Shown piece by piece: positions 18,493-29,210 of a stretch of DNA of 64,000 nt. The first letter of the stretch is position 1, and the number at the start of each line of letters is the position of its first letter. Location of the stretch: NCBI GenBank assembly GCA_038228945.1, contig JBBROW010000002.1, positions 24,318-88,317 of the forward strand, read 5' to 3'. Origin of the DNA: Caulobacterales bacterium. GTDB lineage: Bacteria; Pseudomonadota; Alphaproteobacteria; Caulobacterales; Caulobacteraceae. Made by a program: the position numbers and the translations under genes. The notes under the pieces are model-generated. The model was not told the origin of the DNA. It did not search any database and was given only the letters and a program-made list of their open reading frames with translations.

Positions 18493-20373
18493 ATGCTTCG
18501 CATCAACGATCTCGTCTACGACGCCTGGGGGCGTCGCTTCTTCGACCACGCCAGCGTCAGCCTGCCCCCCGGGGCCAAGGTTGGCCTCGTCGGACGCAAT
18601 GGCGCCGGCAAGACCACCCTGTTCCGCATCATCCTCGGCCAGCTGACCCAGGGCGACGGCGACATCTCCATGCCCCGCGACGCCATCGTCGGCTCGGTTG
18701 ACCAGGAGCATCCGGCCACCCCGGTCTCGCTCATCGACACCGTGCTGGAGGCCGACACCCGCCGCGCCAAGCTGATGGCGCAGCTGGAGACCGCGGACCC
18801 GGAACACATCGCCGACATCTACGCCGGTCTCGCCGCCATCGAGGCCGATCGCGCCCCGGCCCGCGCCGCCGAGATCCTGGCGGGCCTGGGCTTCACCACC
18901 GCCGACCTGCACCGGCCGATGTCGGAGTTCTCCGGCGGTTGGCGGATGCGCGTGGCCATGGCCGCCGCCCTGTTCGCTGAACCGGACCTGCTGCTGCTGG
19001 ACGAGCCCACCAACTATCTCGATTTGGAAGGCGCCCTCTGGCTCGAGGCCCGGCTGAAGAAGTACCCGCACACCGCCCTGATCATCAGCCACGACCGCGA
19101 ACTGCTGGATCACTCCGTCGACGCCATCCTGCATCTCACCGAAGGCCGGCTTGACCTCTACACCGGCGGCTTCTCCGAGTTCGAACGCCTGCGCGGCGAG
19201 AAGGCCCGCCTGCAGGAAGCCACCCGCGTCAAGATCGACGCCAAGCGCGCCCACATGCAGTCCTTCGTCGACCGCTTCCGCGCCACCGCTTCCAAGGCCC
19301 GCCAGGCCCAGTCGCGGATGAAAGCCATCGCCAAGCTGCAGGAGGTCGCCCCCTCAATTGAGGAGCACGTCGCCCCCTTCCTGCTGCCCTCGCCGGAAAA
19401 GCCCCTGCCCCCGCCCCTGATCCGCCTGGAAGGCGCCGCGGTGGGTTATGGCGGCCCGCCGATCCTGCGCGGCATGAACCTGCGCCTGGACCTGGACGAC
19501 CGCATCGGCTTGCTGGGGGTCAACGGGGCTGGCAAGTCCACCTTCGCCCGCATGATCGCCGACGACCTGAAGCTGGAACACGGTCACATCCACCGCGACC
19601 GGCGCATCAAGGTGGCCTGGTTCCACCAGCACCAGATCGAAGCCATGGATCCGCAGGACACCCCCCTGACGATCATGCGCCGCGCCCTGCCTGACGCCAG
19701 CGAGGCCCAGCGCCGCTCGCGCCTGGCCCAGTTCGGCATGAGCTACGAGAAGGTCGAGACCACGGTCGAGAGCCTGTCCGGCGGCGAGCGCGCCCGCCTG
19801 CTGCTCAACATCATCGCCATGAACCGGCCGCACCTGCTGATCCTGGACGAGCCCACCAACCACCTGGACATCGACAGCCGCCGCGCCCTCACCGAAGCGC
19901 TGAACGACTACGAGGGGGCGGTGATCCTGATCACCCACGACCGTTCATTGATGGAGCTGGTGGCCGACCGCCTGTGGCTGGTCAGCGACGGCCACGTGAA
20001 GCCCTTCGACGGCGACATGGACGACTACGCCAAGTTCGTCCTCGACCGTGCCCGCCAGGCCGGCAAGGCTCCGAAGGCGGCGGCCGCGCCGGAACCGCCC
20101 CCGCCGGCGACAAAACCCCGTCAGCCCATCGGCCCACTCAAGCGCAAGCTGGAAGCCGCCGAGGCCGTCCTCGCCCGCGAGACGCGGCAACTGGCCGAAC
20201 TCGATGTCGCCCTGGCCGACCCAAAGCTCTACCTCAAGGACGCCGCCCAGATCGCCGACCTCAATCGCCGCCGCGACCGCATTGCCGAACGGCTGGAGGC
20301 CGCGGAGGCGGCCTGGATCGTCCTGGCGGAGGAATACCAGCAGGTGTCAGAGGCAGAGGGCGCGGTGGGATAG
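18493..20373 (+). CDS. ABC-F family ATPase (Uup/YheS-like, two ABC domains, no membrane domain)
   Basis: 626 aa. Two Walker A motifs (GRNGAGKTT, GVNGAGKST), two LSGG signatures (FSGGWRMR, LSGGERAR), and a C-terminal coiled-coil tail. Confidence 0.9.
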   Translation: MLRINDLVYDAWGRRFFDHASVSLPPGAKVGLVGRNGAGKTTLFRIILGQLTQGDGDISMPRDAIVGSVDQEHPATPVSLIDTVLEADTRRAKLMAQLETADPEHIADIYAGLAAIEADRAPARAAEILAGLGFTTADLHRPMSEFSGGWRMRVAMAAALFAEPDLLLLDEPTNYLDLEGALWLEARLKKYPHTALIISHDRELLDHSVDAILHLTEGRLDLYTGGFSEFERLRGEKARLQEATRVKIDAKRAHMQSFVDRFRATASKARQAQSRMKAIAKLQEVAPSIEEHVAPFLLPSPEKPLPPPLIRLEGAAVGYGGPPILRGMNLRLDLDDRIGLLGVNGAGKSTFARMIADDLKLEHGHIHRDRRIKVAWFHQHQIEAMDPQDTPLTIMRRALPDASEAQRRSRLAQFGMSYEKVETTVESLSGGERARLLLNIIAMNRPHLLILDEPTNHLDIDSRRALTEALNDYEGAVILITHDRSLMELVADRLWLVSDGHVKPFDGDMDDYAKFVLDRARQAGKAPKAAAAPEPPPPATKPRQPIGPLKRKLEAAEAVLARETRQLAELDVALADPKLYLKDAAQIADLNRRRDRIAERLEAAEAAWIVLAEEYQQVSEAEGAVG

Positions 20374-20378
20374 GCTCC

Positions 20379-21902
20379 CTACCGCGGCAACACCAGCGCC
20401 GGGTCTACCGGCTTGGCCTTGTCGGCGGGATTGGGGGCGTAGCGGACCTCGAAGTGCAGCTGCGGCTCGGTCACTCCGCCGGATAGGCCCACCTGGCCTA
20501 TCTCCTGGCCCTGGGTCACGGCTTGGCGCATCTGCACACTCAACCGGTCGAGGTGGGCATAGGCGGTCACCCAGCCGTCGGCGTGCTTGACCAGAACCAG
20601 ATTGCCGAAGCCCGGCACCTGGTCGCCGGCGTAGACCACGTCGCCATCGGCGGCGGCATGCACCACCGAACCCTGCGGCGCCTTGATGTCAAAGCCGTCG
20701 CTGCGGCGGCCGATCCCCGTGGGGCCAAAGCGTTGCAGCAGGTCGCCGCGCACCGGCCAGATGAAGCGGCCCTTGGCGGCTCGCGCCACATCGGCGTCGC
20801 TGAGCGTCGGCGATGTGTCTGGAATCTGCGGCCGGCCGGACGGGATCGGCCGCGGCGTATAGCTCTGGGTCGCCTGCGGCGGCGGAGCATAGGTCACGCT
20901 CGGTGGCGAGTAGGCGGGGCCGCCATTGGGGTTCTGCGAGGGCGGTGCGTAGGACTGTGGCGGCGGCGAGTAGGTCTGCCGGCGCGGCGCGGCGGAGGCG
21001 ACCTCGGTTCCTGGGAGCCGGATCGGGCCGCGATCGTGAAAGGTGGCCGGCAGGGCGATCTTCTGACCGGGCTCCAGGTCTCGGCGGGAGACCCTATTCA
21101 GTTCGGTAAGCTCGGCAACCTGCACTTCGAAACGCCGCGCGATCAGGTTCAGGGTGTCGCCCTCTTCGACCACATAGGCCTTCGACACCGGGATCTTGAT
21201 GATCTGTCCGGGCCGCATGTTGTAGGGCGGCTTCAGATGGTTGGCGTCGACGATAGCCTTGCGGGTGGTGGAGAATTCGCGGGCCAGGGCGTCCACGTGA
21301 TCGCCCTTGCTGATCTCATATTCCATGAACACGCCGCTGGAAGCGACCACGCGGCCAGTGACGGCCATGCGTGGCTCTTCCGCCCGCCGCCGTTCAGGCC
21401 GGAAGGCGACCTGGGCGGCCGGCGGCGACGAGGGCGTGTAGCCCCGAGCCGGGGCCGAGGCCTGGGTCGGTGGCGGTGCCGCGGAAATCGAGGCGGAAAC
21501 GGGCGCGGCGTCCGGCGCGGTCATGTGCTCGGGTACGCCGGCATGCTCACCGCCAAGGCTAGGATGCTCAGCCGCGCCCGGGGTCATCATCGGCGCGGAA
21601 TCGTCGGAAGCCAGCCGGCCGGCCTGGCCGGCGGAGCGCGCGGTCGGCAGGGGCGCCAGGGCGGCGGTCTGCACCGAGCCGCCGCTGGGGGCGGCTCGTG
21701 TGGCCGGCAGGTCATCGGAAAGCGCCTGCGTCCGGGCTTCGGGCGGCGGCGGCGCGTAGTTCGCGCGGGTCGGCTCCTGCCGGAGCGCCGGCGGGGTGAC
21801 GAGCGCCGTTTGGCTGCGCACAGGGTAGCCGGGCGAGGCGCACGCGGTCAGCCCCACGCCTACAAGGGCGATCAACGCCGCCTGGGTCATGAATCGGTTC
21901 AT
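20379..21902 (-). CDS. NlpD-like lipoprotein with two LysM domains and a C-terminal M23 peptidase domain
   Basis: ORF 20379..21953. The internal ATG at 21902 gives MNRFMTQAALIALVGVGLTAC, with a lipobox LTAC. Two LysM repeats (YEISKGDHVDALAREF..., YVVEEGDTLNLIARRF...). M23 motifs (HAAADGDVVYAG, PQLHFEVRY). Sits in the classic surE-pcm-nlpD context. Confidence 0.85.
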   Translation of the reverse strand: MNRFMTQAALIALVGVGLTACASPGYPVRSQTALVTPPALRQEPTRANYAPPPPEARTQALSDDLPATRAAPSGGSVQTAALAPLPTARSAGQAGRLASDDSAPMMTPGAAEHPSLGGEHAGVPEHMTAPDAAPVSASISAAPPPTQASAPARGYTPSSPPAAQVAFRPERRRAEEPRMAVTGRVVASSGVFMEYEISKGDHVDALAREFSTTRKAIVDANHLKPPYNMRPGQIIKIPVSKAYVVEEGDTLNLIARRFEVQVAELTELNRVSRRDLEPGQKIALPATFHDRGPIRLPGTEVASAAPRRQTYSPPPQSYAPPSQNPNGGPAYSPPSVTYAPPPQATQSYTPRPIPSGRPQIPDTSPTLSDADVARAAKGRFIWPVRGDLLQRFGPTGIGRRSDGFDIKAPQGSVVHAAADGDVVYAGDQVPGFGNLVLVKHADGWVTAYAHLDRLSVQMRQAVTQGQEIGQVGLSGGVTEPQLHFEVRYAPNPADKAKPVDPALVLPR

Positions 21903-21945
21903 CGCCACTCCGTTCGTCGCGCGAAAATGAGTCGAGGCGTGGTGG

Positions 21946-21960
21946 TTAAGCATTGGTTAA
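21946..21960. promoter_or_regulatory. Perfect TTAA-N7-TTAA (CtrA-box consensus) upstream of the NlpD-like gene
   Basis: The sequence is TTAAGCATTGGTTAA. It lies 44-58 nt upstream of the lipoprotein ATG at 21902. It was the only full TTAA-N7-TTAA I found while scanning the window by eye. Confidence 0.45.
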
Positions 21961-22002
21961 TCCGATCCGGTCCCGCACTCCACAGAGCAGTGATGCGGTC
22001 GC

Positions 22003-22668
22003 TCAAAGTTCCCGCGCGACACCGTCCAAAAGCGGAACGAAACGCACTTCACAAAGGACTTCCATGGGAAAACCGCCCTTGCCGTCCCCGGCATAGCGGC
22101 AAAGCTGCTGGACAGGCCCCTTGCCCACCGGCGCCACCAGAACCCCGGATGGCTTCAGTTGGGTCAGCAGGGCTGTAGGCTCGGCCGGCGCCGCCGCCGT
22201 GACCATAATGCGGTCGAAAGGCGCCTGCTCGGCCCAACCCAGGCCGCCGTCGCCGAACTTGGTGATGACATTGGTCAGTTGCAGCGTCTTGAACCGCGCC
22301 TCGGCCTCGCGCATCAGCGTCCGATAGCGCTCCACCGTATAGACCAGCCGCGACAGCCGGGCCAGAACCGCGGTCTGGTAGCCAGACCCAGTGCCGATCT
22401 CGAGCACTCGGGCCCGCGGCTCCAACGTCAGGGCCTGGGTCATCAGTCCGACGATATAGGGCTGGCTGATGGTCTGGCCGCAGGCAATCGGCAGGGCCGA
22501 GTCCTCGAACGAGCGGGCCTTGAACAGGTCAGGGGTGAACAGGTCCCGGGGCGTCTTCTCGATCGCCGACAGCACGCCCGGATCGCTCACCCCCTGCGCG
22601 CGCAGGGCCTCCATCAGCCGCCGCATCGGGCTGTCGGGGACCTCGGTATTGGGCAGGGGTTTCTTCAT
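22003..22668 (-). CDS. pcm: Protein-L-isoaspartate O-methyltransferase
   Basis: ORF 22003..22857 trimmed to the ATG at 22668 (MKKPLPNTE...), which overlaps the surE stop by 4 bp. Motifs [10 protein letters not shown] and [16 protein letters not shown]. Confidence 0.92.
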   Translation of the reverse strand: MKKPLPNTEVPDSPMRRLMEALRAQGVSDPGVLSAIEKTPRDLFTPDLFKARSFEDSALPIACGQTISQPYIVGLMTQALTLEPRARVLEIGTGSGYQTAVLARLSRLVYTVERYRTLMREAEARFKTLQLTNVITKFGDGGLGWAEQAPFDRIMVTAAAPAEPTALLTQLKPSGVLVAPVGKGPVQQLCRYAGDGKGGFPMEVLCEVRFVPLLDGVAREL

Positions 22669-23474
22669 GGCGTCGGGCGCGGCTTCGGCGGGTGCAACTT
22701 CGGCGGGGCTCCGCCCAATACCGCTTTTAGAGCGTGTACGGTCTGCATGTGGCTCAAATCGATGTGCAATGGCGTTACCGAGATGCGGCCCTCGTAGGCG
22801 GCCCTCAGATCGGTGCCCTCCGGCGGCCGCGACGGCTCGTTGCGGAAGCCCAGCCAATAGTAGTCCCGCCCCCTCAGATCGGTGCGTTTCTCAGCATAGC
22901 GGGTGCGAACGTCGCGGAATCCCTGGCGGGTCACCTCTACTGTCGTGACCTCCTCGGGTGGCCGCGCCGGGAAGTTGACGTTCAGGATCACGTCGGCCGG
23001 CCAGCCCTGTGTCACCAGCGTCTGGATCAGGCCCGGCCCGTAGGCCTCGGCGGTTTCGTACAGGGCGCGCTCGCTGTCGTGGAACACCCGCACCATCTGC
23101 GACAGGGCGATGGACGGCACCCCCAGGGCCATGCCCTCGATGGCGCCTGCTACCGTGCCCGACAGGCTGACGTCCTCGGCCGCGTTCAGGCCTCGGTTGA
23201 CGCCGGACAGCACCAGGTCGGGCTTAGGCCCAGGGATCAGGTACTGGATGGCCAGCATCACGCAGTCGGTGGGCGTGCCTTCCACCGCGAAACGGCGCTC
23301 GTCCACGATACGCACCCGCAACGGGTCCGACAGGGTCAGCGAGCGCCCTACCCCCGACTGTTCCGTCTCCGGGGCCGAGACCCACACATCGTCCGACAGC
23401 GCCCGCGCGATCCGCTCCAGGCACGCCAGGCCCTCGGCGTGAATGCCATCGTCGTTGGTGACGAGGATTCTCAC
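22665..23474 (-). CDS. surE: 5'/3'-nucleotidase SurE
   Basis: 269 aa, starting [16 protein letters not shown]. Confidence 0.95.
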   Translation of the reverse strand: MRILVTNDDGIHAEGLACLERIARALSDDVWVSAPETEQSGVGRSLTLSDPLRVRIVDERRFAVEGTPTDCVMLAIQYLIPGPKPDLVLSGVNRGLNAAEDVSLSGTVAGAIEGMALGVPSIALSQMVRVFHDSERALYETAEAYGPGLIQTLVTQGWPADVILNVNFPARPPEEVTTVEVTRQGFRDVRTRYAEKRTDLRGRDYYWLGFRNEPSRPPEGTDLRAAYEGRISVTPLHIDLSHMQTVHALKAVLGGAPPKLHPPKPRPTP

Positions 23475-24751
23475 CCCTCGCCCCCGATGTGCGTCACCCC
23501 GCGCATATAGGGATGCAAGGCCTGGGGAATGGCGATGCGGCCCTTCTCGTCCTGATAGTTCTCCATGATCGCCACGAGGGTGCGGCCCACGGCCAGGCCC
23601 GAGCCGTTCAGGGTGTGGACGAACCGCGTGCCCTTCTCCCCGGCCTTCTTGCAGCGCGCGTCCATGCGCCGGGCCTGGAAGTCACCGCAGTTGGAGATCG
23701 AGCTGATCTCCCGATAGGTGTCCTGCGACGGCAGCCAGACCTCAAGGTCGAAGGTCTTGCGCGCGGAAAAGCCCATGTCGCCTGTGCACAGGGCCACCGT
23801 CCGGAACGGCAGTTCCAGGCGTTTCAGGATCGCCTCGGCCGACTGCACCATCCGTTCGTGCTCGGCCTCGCTCTGTTCCGGCGTGGTGATCGCCACCAGC
23901 TCCACCTTCCAGAACTGGTGCTGACGGATCATGCCGCGAGTGTCCTTGCCGGACGCGCCGGCCTCGGACCGGAAGCAGGGCGTCAGCGCCGTCAGCCGCA
24001 GCGGTAGTTCTTCCTCCGGCGTGATCTGTTCACGCACCAGATTGGTCAGCGACACCTCGGCGGTGGAGATCAGCCAGCGGTCGTCGGTGGTGTGGAACAG
24101 GTCCTCGGCGAACTTGGGCAGTTGGCCGACGCCGAACACCGCCTCTTCCCGCACCAGCAGCGGCGGCGACACCTCGGTGAAGCCATGCTCCTGGGTCTGG
24201 AAATCGATCATATATTGGCCCAGCGCCCGTTCCAGGCGCGCCAACTGGCCTTTCAGCACCACGAACCGCGAGCCGCTCATCCGGGCCGCGGCCTCGAAGT
24301 CCATCAGGCCAAGATCGGCGCCAAGGTCCACATGGTCCTTCACGCGCTCAAGCTTGAAGGGCTCGCCATAGCGGCGGACCTCGATATTGTCGTGCTCGTC
24401 CGCGCCGGGCGGCACGTCCGCGGCCGGCAGGTTGGGCAGGGCCGCCAATAGGGTGCGAAGGTCGGCGCCCAGCCGGGTCTCCGCCTCGCCCTGGGCGGCC
24501 ATCTCGTCCTTCAGGCCCTCGACCTCGGCCATCAACCGGCTCGCCTCGGCCTCGTCCTTCTTGGCCTTGGCCTGGCCGATCTGCTTGGAGGCTTCGTTGC
24601 GCCGGTTCTGGGCCGCCTGCAGCGCCGTCTGCGCCGCGCGCAACTGGCCGTCCAGCGCCAGGATCGCCGGCGTCTGGGCCGACAAACTCCGGCTGGCCCA
24701 TGCTTGGTCATAGGCCTGCGGATTGTCTCGAATAGCCCGGATGTCGTGCAT
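23471..24751 (-). CDS. serS: Seryl-tRNA synthetase
   Basis: 426 aa. N-terminal coiled coil ([11 protein letters not shown]...) and class II core motifs ([42 protein letters not shown]). Confidence 0.96.
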   Translation of the reverse strand: MHDIRAIRDNPQAYDQAWASRSLSAQTPAILALDGQLRAAQTALQAAQNRRNEASKQIGQAKAKKDEAEASRLMAEVEGLKDEMAAQGEAETRLGADLRTLLAALPNLPAADVPPGADEHDNIEVRRYGEPFKLERVKDHVDLGADLGLMDFEAAARMSGSRFVVLKGQLARLERALGQYMIDFQTQEHGFTEVSPPLLVREEAVFGVGQLPKFAEDLFHTTDDRWLISTAEVSLTNLVREQITPEEELPLRLTALTPCFRSEAGASGKDTRGMIRQHQFWKVELVAITTPEQSEAEHERMVQSAEAILKRLELPFRTVALCTGDMGFSARKTFDLEVWLPSQDTYREISSISNCGDFQARRMDARCKKAGEKGTRFVHTLNGSGLAVGRTLVAIMENYQDEKGRIAIPQALHPYMRGVTHIGGEG

Positions 24752-24882
24752 GTCTCTGAAGCGCCGATTGAGGAGTCCTTCCCCTTAGAGCGCGTCGCCA
24801 GGGGCGCCAACCGCGATCCGCGCAATCACCGGCGTGAACCAGACCTTCCACGGTCCGCGGGGGGAAGGAGGGCGGATCCCGC

Positions 24883-25767
24883 CTAGCTGACAATCCCGGC
24901 CGCGGCGTCTTCCTTCTTCCGCTGCGATCCGATCAAGGCCACGCACCAGATCGAGATTTCGTAGAGAAGGCAGATCGGCAGGGCCAGGGAGAGCATGCTG
25001 ATCGGGTCCGGCGGAGTAACCACCGCGGCGACCACGAACACTGCGACGATGGCGTAGCGACGCCCCGACGACAGGGCCTTGGCGTCGACGATCCCGGCCA
25101 GACCCAGCAAGGTCAGGATCACCGGCAGCTGAAAGCAGAGGCCGAAGGCCAGCATCAGGGTCTCGACCAGGGACATGTAGTCCTCGATCTTGGGCAGCAG
25201 TTGCACGGATATCTGGCCGGAACCGCCCAGGATCTGCTGCTTCAGCGCGAACCACAGCACGAAGGGCAGCATGACGTAGTAGACCAGCGCCGCCCCCATG
25301 GTGAAAAGCATCGGCGAGGCCACCAGGAACGGCAGGAAGGCGTTGCGCTCGCGCCGATACAGGCCCGGCGCCACGAAGCGATACAGCTGCCAGGCCAACA
25401 CCGGGAAGGTCAGGATGATCGCCCCGAAGAAGGCCAGCCGCACCTTGGCGAAGAAGAATTCCAGCGGCCCCGTGGTGACGAATTTGGAGACATCGTGGGT
25501 CGCGACACCCTTGCCGATCAGCGCCATCAGCAGGCTCAGACCGCCGTCCTTGCCGTCACTGGCCGCCTGGGTGGCCACCAGGCTCTGGGCCACCAGATAG
25601 GGATGCAGCAGGAAGGTGGCGATCTGCTGCGAGAACACGAAACAGACTAGGAAACCCACGACCAGGGCGCCGGAGCTGATGATCAGCCGCTTGCGCAGCT
25701 CCACCAAATGCTCGAGCAGCGGCGCGCGGGAGCCCTCAATGTCGGCGTCGTCGTTGGCGTAGCTCAC
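24883..25767 (-). CDS. tatC: Twin-arginine translocase subunit TatC
   Basis: 294 aa polytopic membrane protein (PLLEHLVELRKRLI..., TPPDPISM). Follows tatA and tatB. Confidence 0.93.
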   Translation of the reverse strand: MSYANDDADIEGSRAPLLEHLVELRKRLIISSGALVVGFLVCFVFSQQIATFLLHPYLVAQSLVATQAASDGKDGGLSLLMALIGKGVATHDVSKFVTTGPLEFFFAKVRLAFFGAIILTFPVLAWQLYRFVAPGLYRRERNAFLPFLVASPMLFTMGAALVYYVMLPFVLWFALKQQILGGSGQISVQLLPKIEDYMSLVETLMLAFGLCFQLPVILTLLGLAGIVDAKALSSGRRYAIVAVFVVAAVVTPPDPISMLSLALPICLLYEISIWCVALIGSQRKKEDAAAGIVS

Positions 25768-26270
25768 GACGGCGTCTCGCTGTCAGGTTCGGGCTTGGGT
25801 TTGCGCGGCGCGCGCTTGCGGGGCGGCTTGGGGGCTGCCGGCGGCGGCGGCGCGGCCGGTTCCACCAACTGGACCTGCGGCAACGGCGTCATCACCGCTT
25901 CCGGCTCCTCCGGGTGCTGGTAACCGACCATGGGCGGATGCAATTGCCCCTCCCCGTTCAGCAGGCCGGCGTTGATGTCCTCAAAGGTCTGGCTGACGTC
26001 GGCATGGACGTCGCCAAGCCCCACCGCCTGTGCCGCCATAGCCGCCGGCTGCGCGGTGCGCAGGGCCTCGACCTCCTTGCGCAGTTCATCCAGCTCCGAC
26101 TGGCGGGCCAGTTCGTCGAAGCTGGCGCGGAATTCCGCCGCCATGCCGCGCATGCGGGCCACGAACTGGCCGACCTTGCGCATCATCAGCGGCAGATCCT
26201 TGGGACCCACCACGATCAGGGCGACGATGCCCACGATCACAAAGTCGAAGAGCCGGCCTTCAGGAAACAT
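25764..26270 (-). CDS. tatB: Twin-arginine translocase subunit TatB
   Basis: 168 aa. N-terminus FDFVIVGIVALIVVGPKDLP, then an amphipathic helix and a Pro/Ala-rich tail. 4-bp overlap with tatC. Confidence 0.88.
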   Translation of the reverse strand: MFPEGRLFDFVIVGIVALIVVGPKDLPLMMRKVGQFVARMRGMAAEFRASFDELARQSELDELRKEVEALRTAQPAAMAAQAVGLGDVHADVSQTFEDINAGLLNGEGQLHPPMVGYQHPEEPEAVMTPLPQVQLVEPAAPPPPAAPKPPRKRAPRKPKPEPDSETPS

Positions 26271-26351
26271 TCGGGTCCCAGATCAGGGGTTGGGTCGCGC
26301 GCCGGCGACCCGCCATGTAGCGCGCGCTCGGCGTCGTCCGGCCGGGAAGCC

Positions 26352-26567
26352 CTAGCGGACGATCGGGTCTTTCTCGGGCGTAGCCTGCACCAGCGGTTTG
26401 ACCGGCTCTGCCACCGGCGGGGTTTCGTCGCCCTTCAAGCCCTCGCGGAACGCCTTGATGCCCTTGGCCGCGTCGCCCATCAGGCCCGACAGCTTGCCGC
26501 GACCGCCAAAAACGAGCAGCACCACGGCCGCGATGATGATCCAGTGAACGGGGCTGAGTGAGCCCAT
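26352..26567 (-). CDS. tatA: Twin-arginine translocase subunit TatA
   Basis: 71 aa: [38 protein letters not shown]. Confidence 0.9.
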   Translation of the reverse strand: MGSLSPVHWIIIAAVVLLVFGGRGKLSGLMGDAAKGIKAFREGLKGDETPPVAEPVKPLVQATPEKDPIVR

Positions 26568-26677
26568 TTGTTATCTCCAAACCTGTCAGCCGCTTAAGGG
26601 GTACGCAAGCGGCCGACGTCATCCGTCGCTTGAGGGCTATATAGGCCGGCCAAGGCCTTCCCGCCAAGGAACCGTTG

Positions 26678-27355
26678 TCACACAGAACGCTCTTCGTTGA
26701 GGGCGCCGGAGACTTCCCCTTCGCCTTCAAGGAAATCCTGCTGGAATTCGGGGGCCTCGTCCGCTTCCAGCGGGTCTTCGTCGGCCGCCAGGCCGCCAGG
26801 AACCGGCACGGCGAAGTCGGCCGGCAGGTCCAGGCTCAACAGCCCCGCCGCCTTCATTTCCGCCGCTCCCGGCAGGTCCGCCAGGGTGGGCAGGCCGAAA
26901 TGCTCGAGGAAGGCGTCGGTGGTGCCATAGGTCACCGGCCGGCCCGGGGTGCGTCGTCTGCCCCTCATCCGCACCAGACCCAGCTCCAGCAGCACGTCCA
27001 AGGTGCCCCGGCTGGCTTGGACGCCGCGCACCGATTCGATCTCCGCCCGCGTCACCGGCTGGTGATAGGCGATGATGGCCAAGGTCTCCTGCGCCGCCTT
27101 CGACAGCCGGCGCGGCTCCTCCCGCTCCTTGGTCATCAGAAAGGCCAGGTCGCTCGCCGTCTGGAACCGCCAGGCGTTGGCCACACAGACCAGTTCCACA
27201 CCCCGGCCGGCATACCGCGCCCTCAGCGCCTCCAGCGCCGCCGCGATGTCCGCGCCGTCCGGCAAGCGCCCCGCCAGATCAGAGAAGGACAGTGACTCGG
27301 CGGCGGCGAACAACAGCGCCTCGATCATGCGTTCGGTTTCGGCAAGATCAGCCAT
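26678..27355 (-). CDS. scpB: Segregation and condensation protein B
   Basis: 225 aa. Motifs IEALLFAAAESLS, QPVTRAEIESVRGV and LELGLVR. Directly downstream of scpA. Confidence 0.9.
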   Translation of the reverse strand: MADLAETERMIEALLFAAAESLSFSDLAGRLPDGADIAAALEALRARYAGRGVELVCVANAWRFQTASDLAFLMTKEREEPRRLSKAAQETLAIIAYHQPVTRAEIESVRGVQASRGTLDVLLELGLVRMRGRRRTPGRPVTYGTTDAFLEHFGLPTLADLPGAAEMKAAGLLSLDLPADFAVPVPGGLAADEDPLEADEAPEFQQDFLEGEGEVSGALNEERSV

Positions 27356-28179
27356 CAGGCCGCCCCTCGCCGGGCCCGCATATAGATTTCCGCGAAGTGC
27401 TCCAGTTGCCGCGCTTCCAGGTCCCCTTCCCGCACCAACTCAAGAGTCGCAGACAGGGTCGAGGCCAGGTAGGAGGCCCGGGTCGGCCCGCCAGTCCCGC
27501 GCCCGAAGGCGCCGTTCATCGGCGCCACCCCGGTCAGCGGCGTCCACCGGTCCAGCTCCGGCAACAGCGCGCGCAACCGCTCGCGGGCGTCATCTAGCGG
27601 ATAGGCCTGCTGCGGCTGCGGCGTGTAGTGGCGGCCCTGTTCCTTGCGGCGCTGGTCGATGTAGGCGCCCATCAGGGCGTAGAGGTCGCCCTCGAACCGT
27701 CGGTTCGAGACGATCTTGATGGCTTCGGGATCGCCGCGCACGAACACGTCGCGCTTCAGCACCGGGCCATTCTGCAGGGCCTCGGCCGCGCGGCGCATGG
27801 CGTCCAGCTTGGCCAGGCGGAAGGCCAGCTGGGCGGCCACCTCCTCCGCCGGCAATTCTTCCTCCGCCGCCCGTTCGGGCTTGGGCAGCAGCAGGCGCGA
27901 CTTCAGGAACGCCAGCCAGGCGGCCATCACCAGATAGTCCGCCGCCAGGGAAAACCGGCGCTTGCGCGCCTCGCGCACGAAGGCCAGGTACTGGTCGGCC
28001 AGCTTGGTCACCGACAGTTTCAGCAGGTCGACCTTCTGGCTGCGCGCCAGGGCCAGCAAGACGTGCAACGGGCCTTCGTAGCCGTCGATGTCGACGATCA
28101 GCGCCTCGCCATCCTCGGCCGCGGTGTTGGCGGCCTCGAAGTCCAGGTCCGGCTGAAAGGTCTCGCTCACGGCGCCCAC
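27355..28179 (-). CDS. scpA: Segregation and condensation protein A (kleisin)
   Basis: 274 aa. Contains DGYEGPLHVLLALARSQKVDLLKLSVTKLADQYL. Confidence 0.9.
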   Translation of the reverse strand: MGAVSETFQPDLDFEAANTAAEDGEALIVDIDGYEGPLHVLLALARSQKVDLLKLSVTKLADQYLAFVREARKRRFSLAADYLVMAAWLAFLKSRLLLPKPERAAEEELPAEEVAAQLAFRLAKLDAMRRAAEALQNGPVLKRDVFVRGDPEAIKIVSNRRFEGDLYALMGAYIDQRRKEQGRHYTPQPQQAYPLDDARERLRALLPELDRWTPLTGVAPMNGAFGRGTGGPTRASYLASTLSATLELVREGDLEARQLEHFAEIYMRARRGAA

Positions 28180-29210
28180 ACCCCCGCCAGCGCCGCCTCG
28201 AACGCCTTCCGAGCGGTCGGCACGTCGATAGCCTCCGCCGCCTTGGGGATTCGCGCCAGGGCCGCCTCGGCGCGCTGGGCGGCGCGCCCGTCCAGCGCGC
28301 CGGTCCCAGCCAGGACCGCCTTCATCTCATCCATCTTGCCATTGCAGTGCAGAACCACGTCGCAGCCGGCCGCCAAAGATTGTCGCGCGCGCTCCGTCAA
28401 GGTCCCGCTGAGCGCCTCCATCGACAGGTCGTCGCTCATCAACAGGCCGTCGAAGCCGATGGCGCCGCGGATCACCCGTTCGATCACCACCTCCGAGGTC
28501 GTCGCCGGGCGCTTGGCGTCCACGGCGGCGTAGACCACGTGCGCCGTCATCGCCAAGGGCATGTCCGACAGGACCCGGAACGGCGCGAAGTCGACCGCGT
28601 CCAGCTCGTCCCAGGACGCCTCCACCACCGGCAGGTCCAGATGGCTGTCGGCGCCCGCGCGGCCATGGCCTGGAATGTGCTTGATCACCGGCAGTACGCC
28701 GCCGGCGATCAGCCCCTCGGCGGCGGCGCGGCCCAGCCGGGCCACCTCCTGTGGCGTGGCGCCATAGGCGCGGTCGCCGATCACGTCATGGGCGCCCGTG
28801 TGCGGCACATCCAGCACCGGCAGGCAGTCCACATTGATCCCCAACGCCGCCAGATCCGACGCCATCAATCGCGCGCCCAGCCAGGCGACGCCGCGATCCA
28901 GCCCGCCGTAGGCGCCGCCATGCGGATATCGCGGCCAATGCGGCGGTCCCAGCCGCTGCACCCGGCCGCCTTCCTGATCGATCAGCACCGGCGCGCCGGC
29001 GCGTCCCACCGTCTCCCGCAGCGCTTCCACCAAGGCCTTGAGCTGGTCCGGGGTGTCGATGTTGCGCTTGAAGACAATGAAGCCCCATGGCCGGACGTCC
29101 CGGAACAAGGCGGCCTCTTCGGGGGTCAATCGGGTTCCGGAGCACCCTAGGATGCTGGCGCTAATCACCGGACGAAACAGGTTTTTCCGGCGGCTTTTAA
29201 CTGGTCGCAC
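28167..29210 (-). CDS. nagZ: Beta-N-acetylhexosaminidase NagZ (GH3)
   Basis: 347-aa ORF with a GTG start. Motifs IDQEGGRVQRL and KHIPGHGRAGADSHLDLP. The exact start is uncertain because it overlaps the SPOR gene end by 46 bp. Confidence 0.88.
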   Translation of the reverse strand: MRPVKSRRKNLFRPVISASILGCSGTRLTPEEAALFRDVRPWGFIVFKRNIDTPDQLKALVEALRETVGRAGAPVLIDQEGGRVQRLGPPHWPRYPHGGAYGGLDRGVAWLGARLMASDLAALGINVDCLPVLDVPHTGAHDVIGDRAYGATPQEVARLGRAAAEGLIAGGVLPVIKHIPGHGRAGADSHLDLPVVEASWDELDAVDFAPFRVLSDMPLAMTAHVVYAAVDAKRPATTSEVVIERVIRGAIGFDGLLMSDDLSMEALSGTLTERARQSLAAGCDVVLHCNGKMDEMKAVLAGTGALDGRAAQRAEAALARIPKAAEAIDVPTARKAFEAALAGVWAP

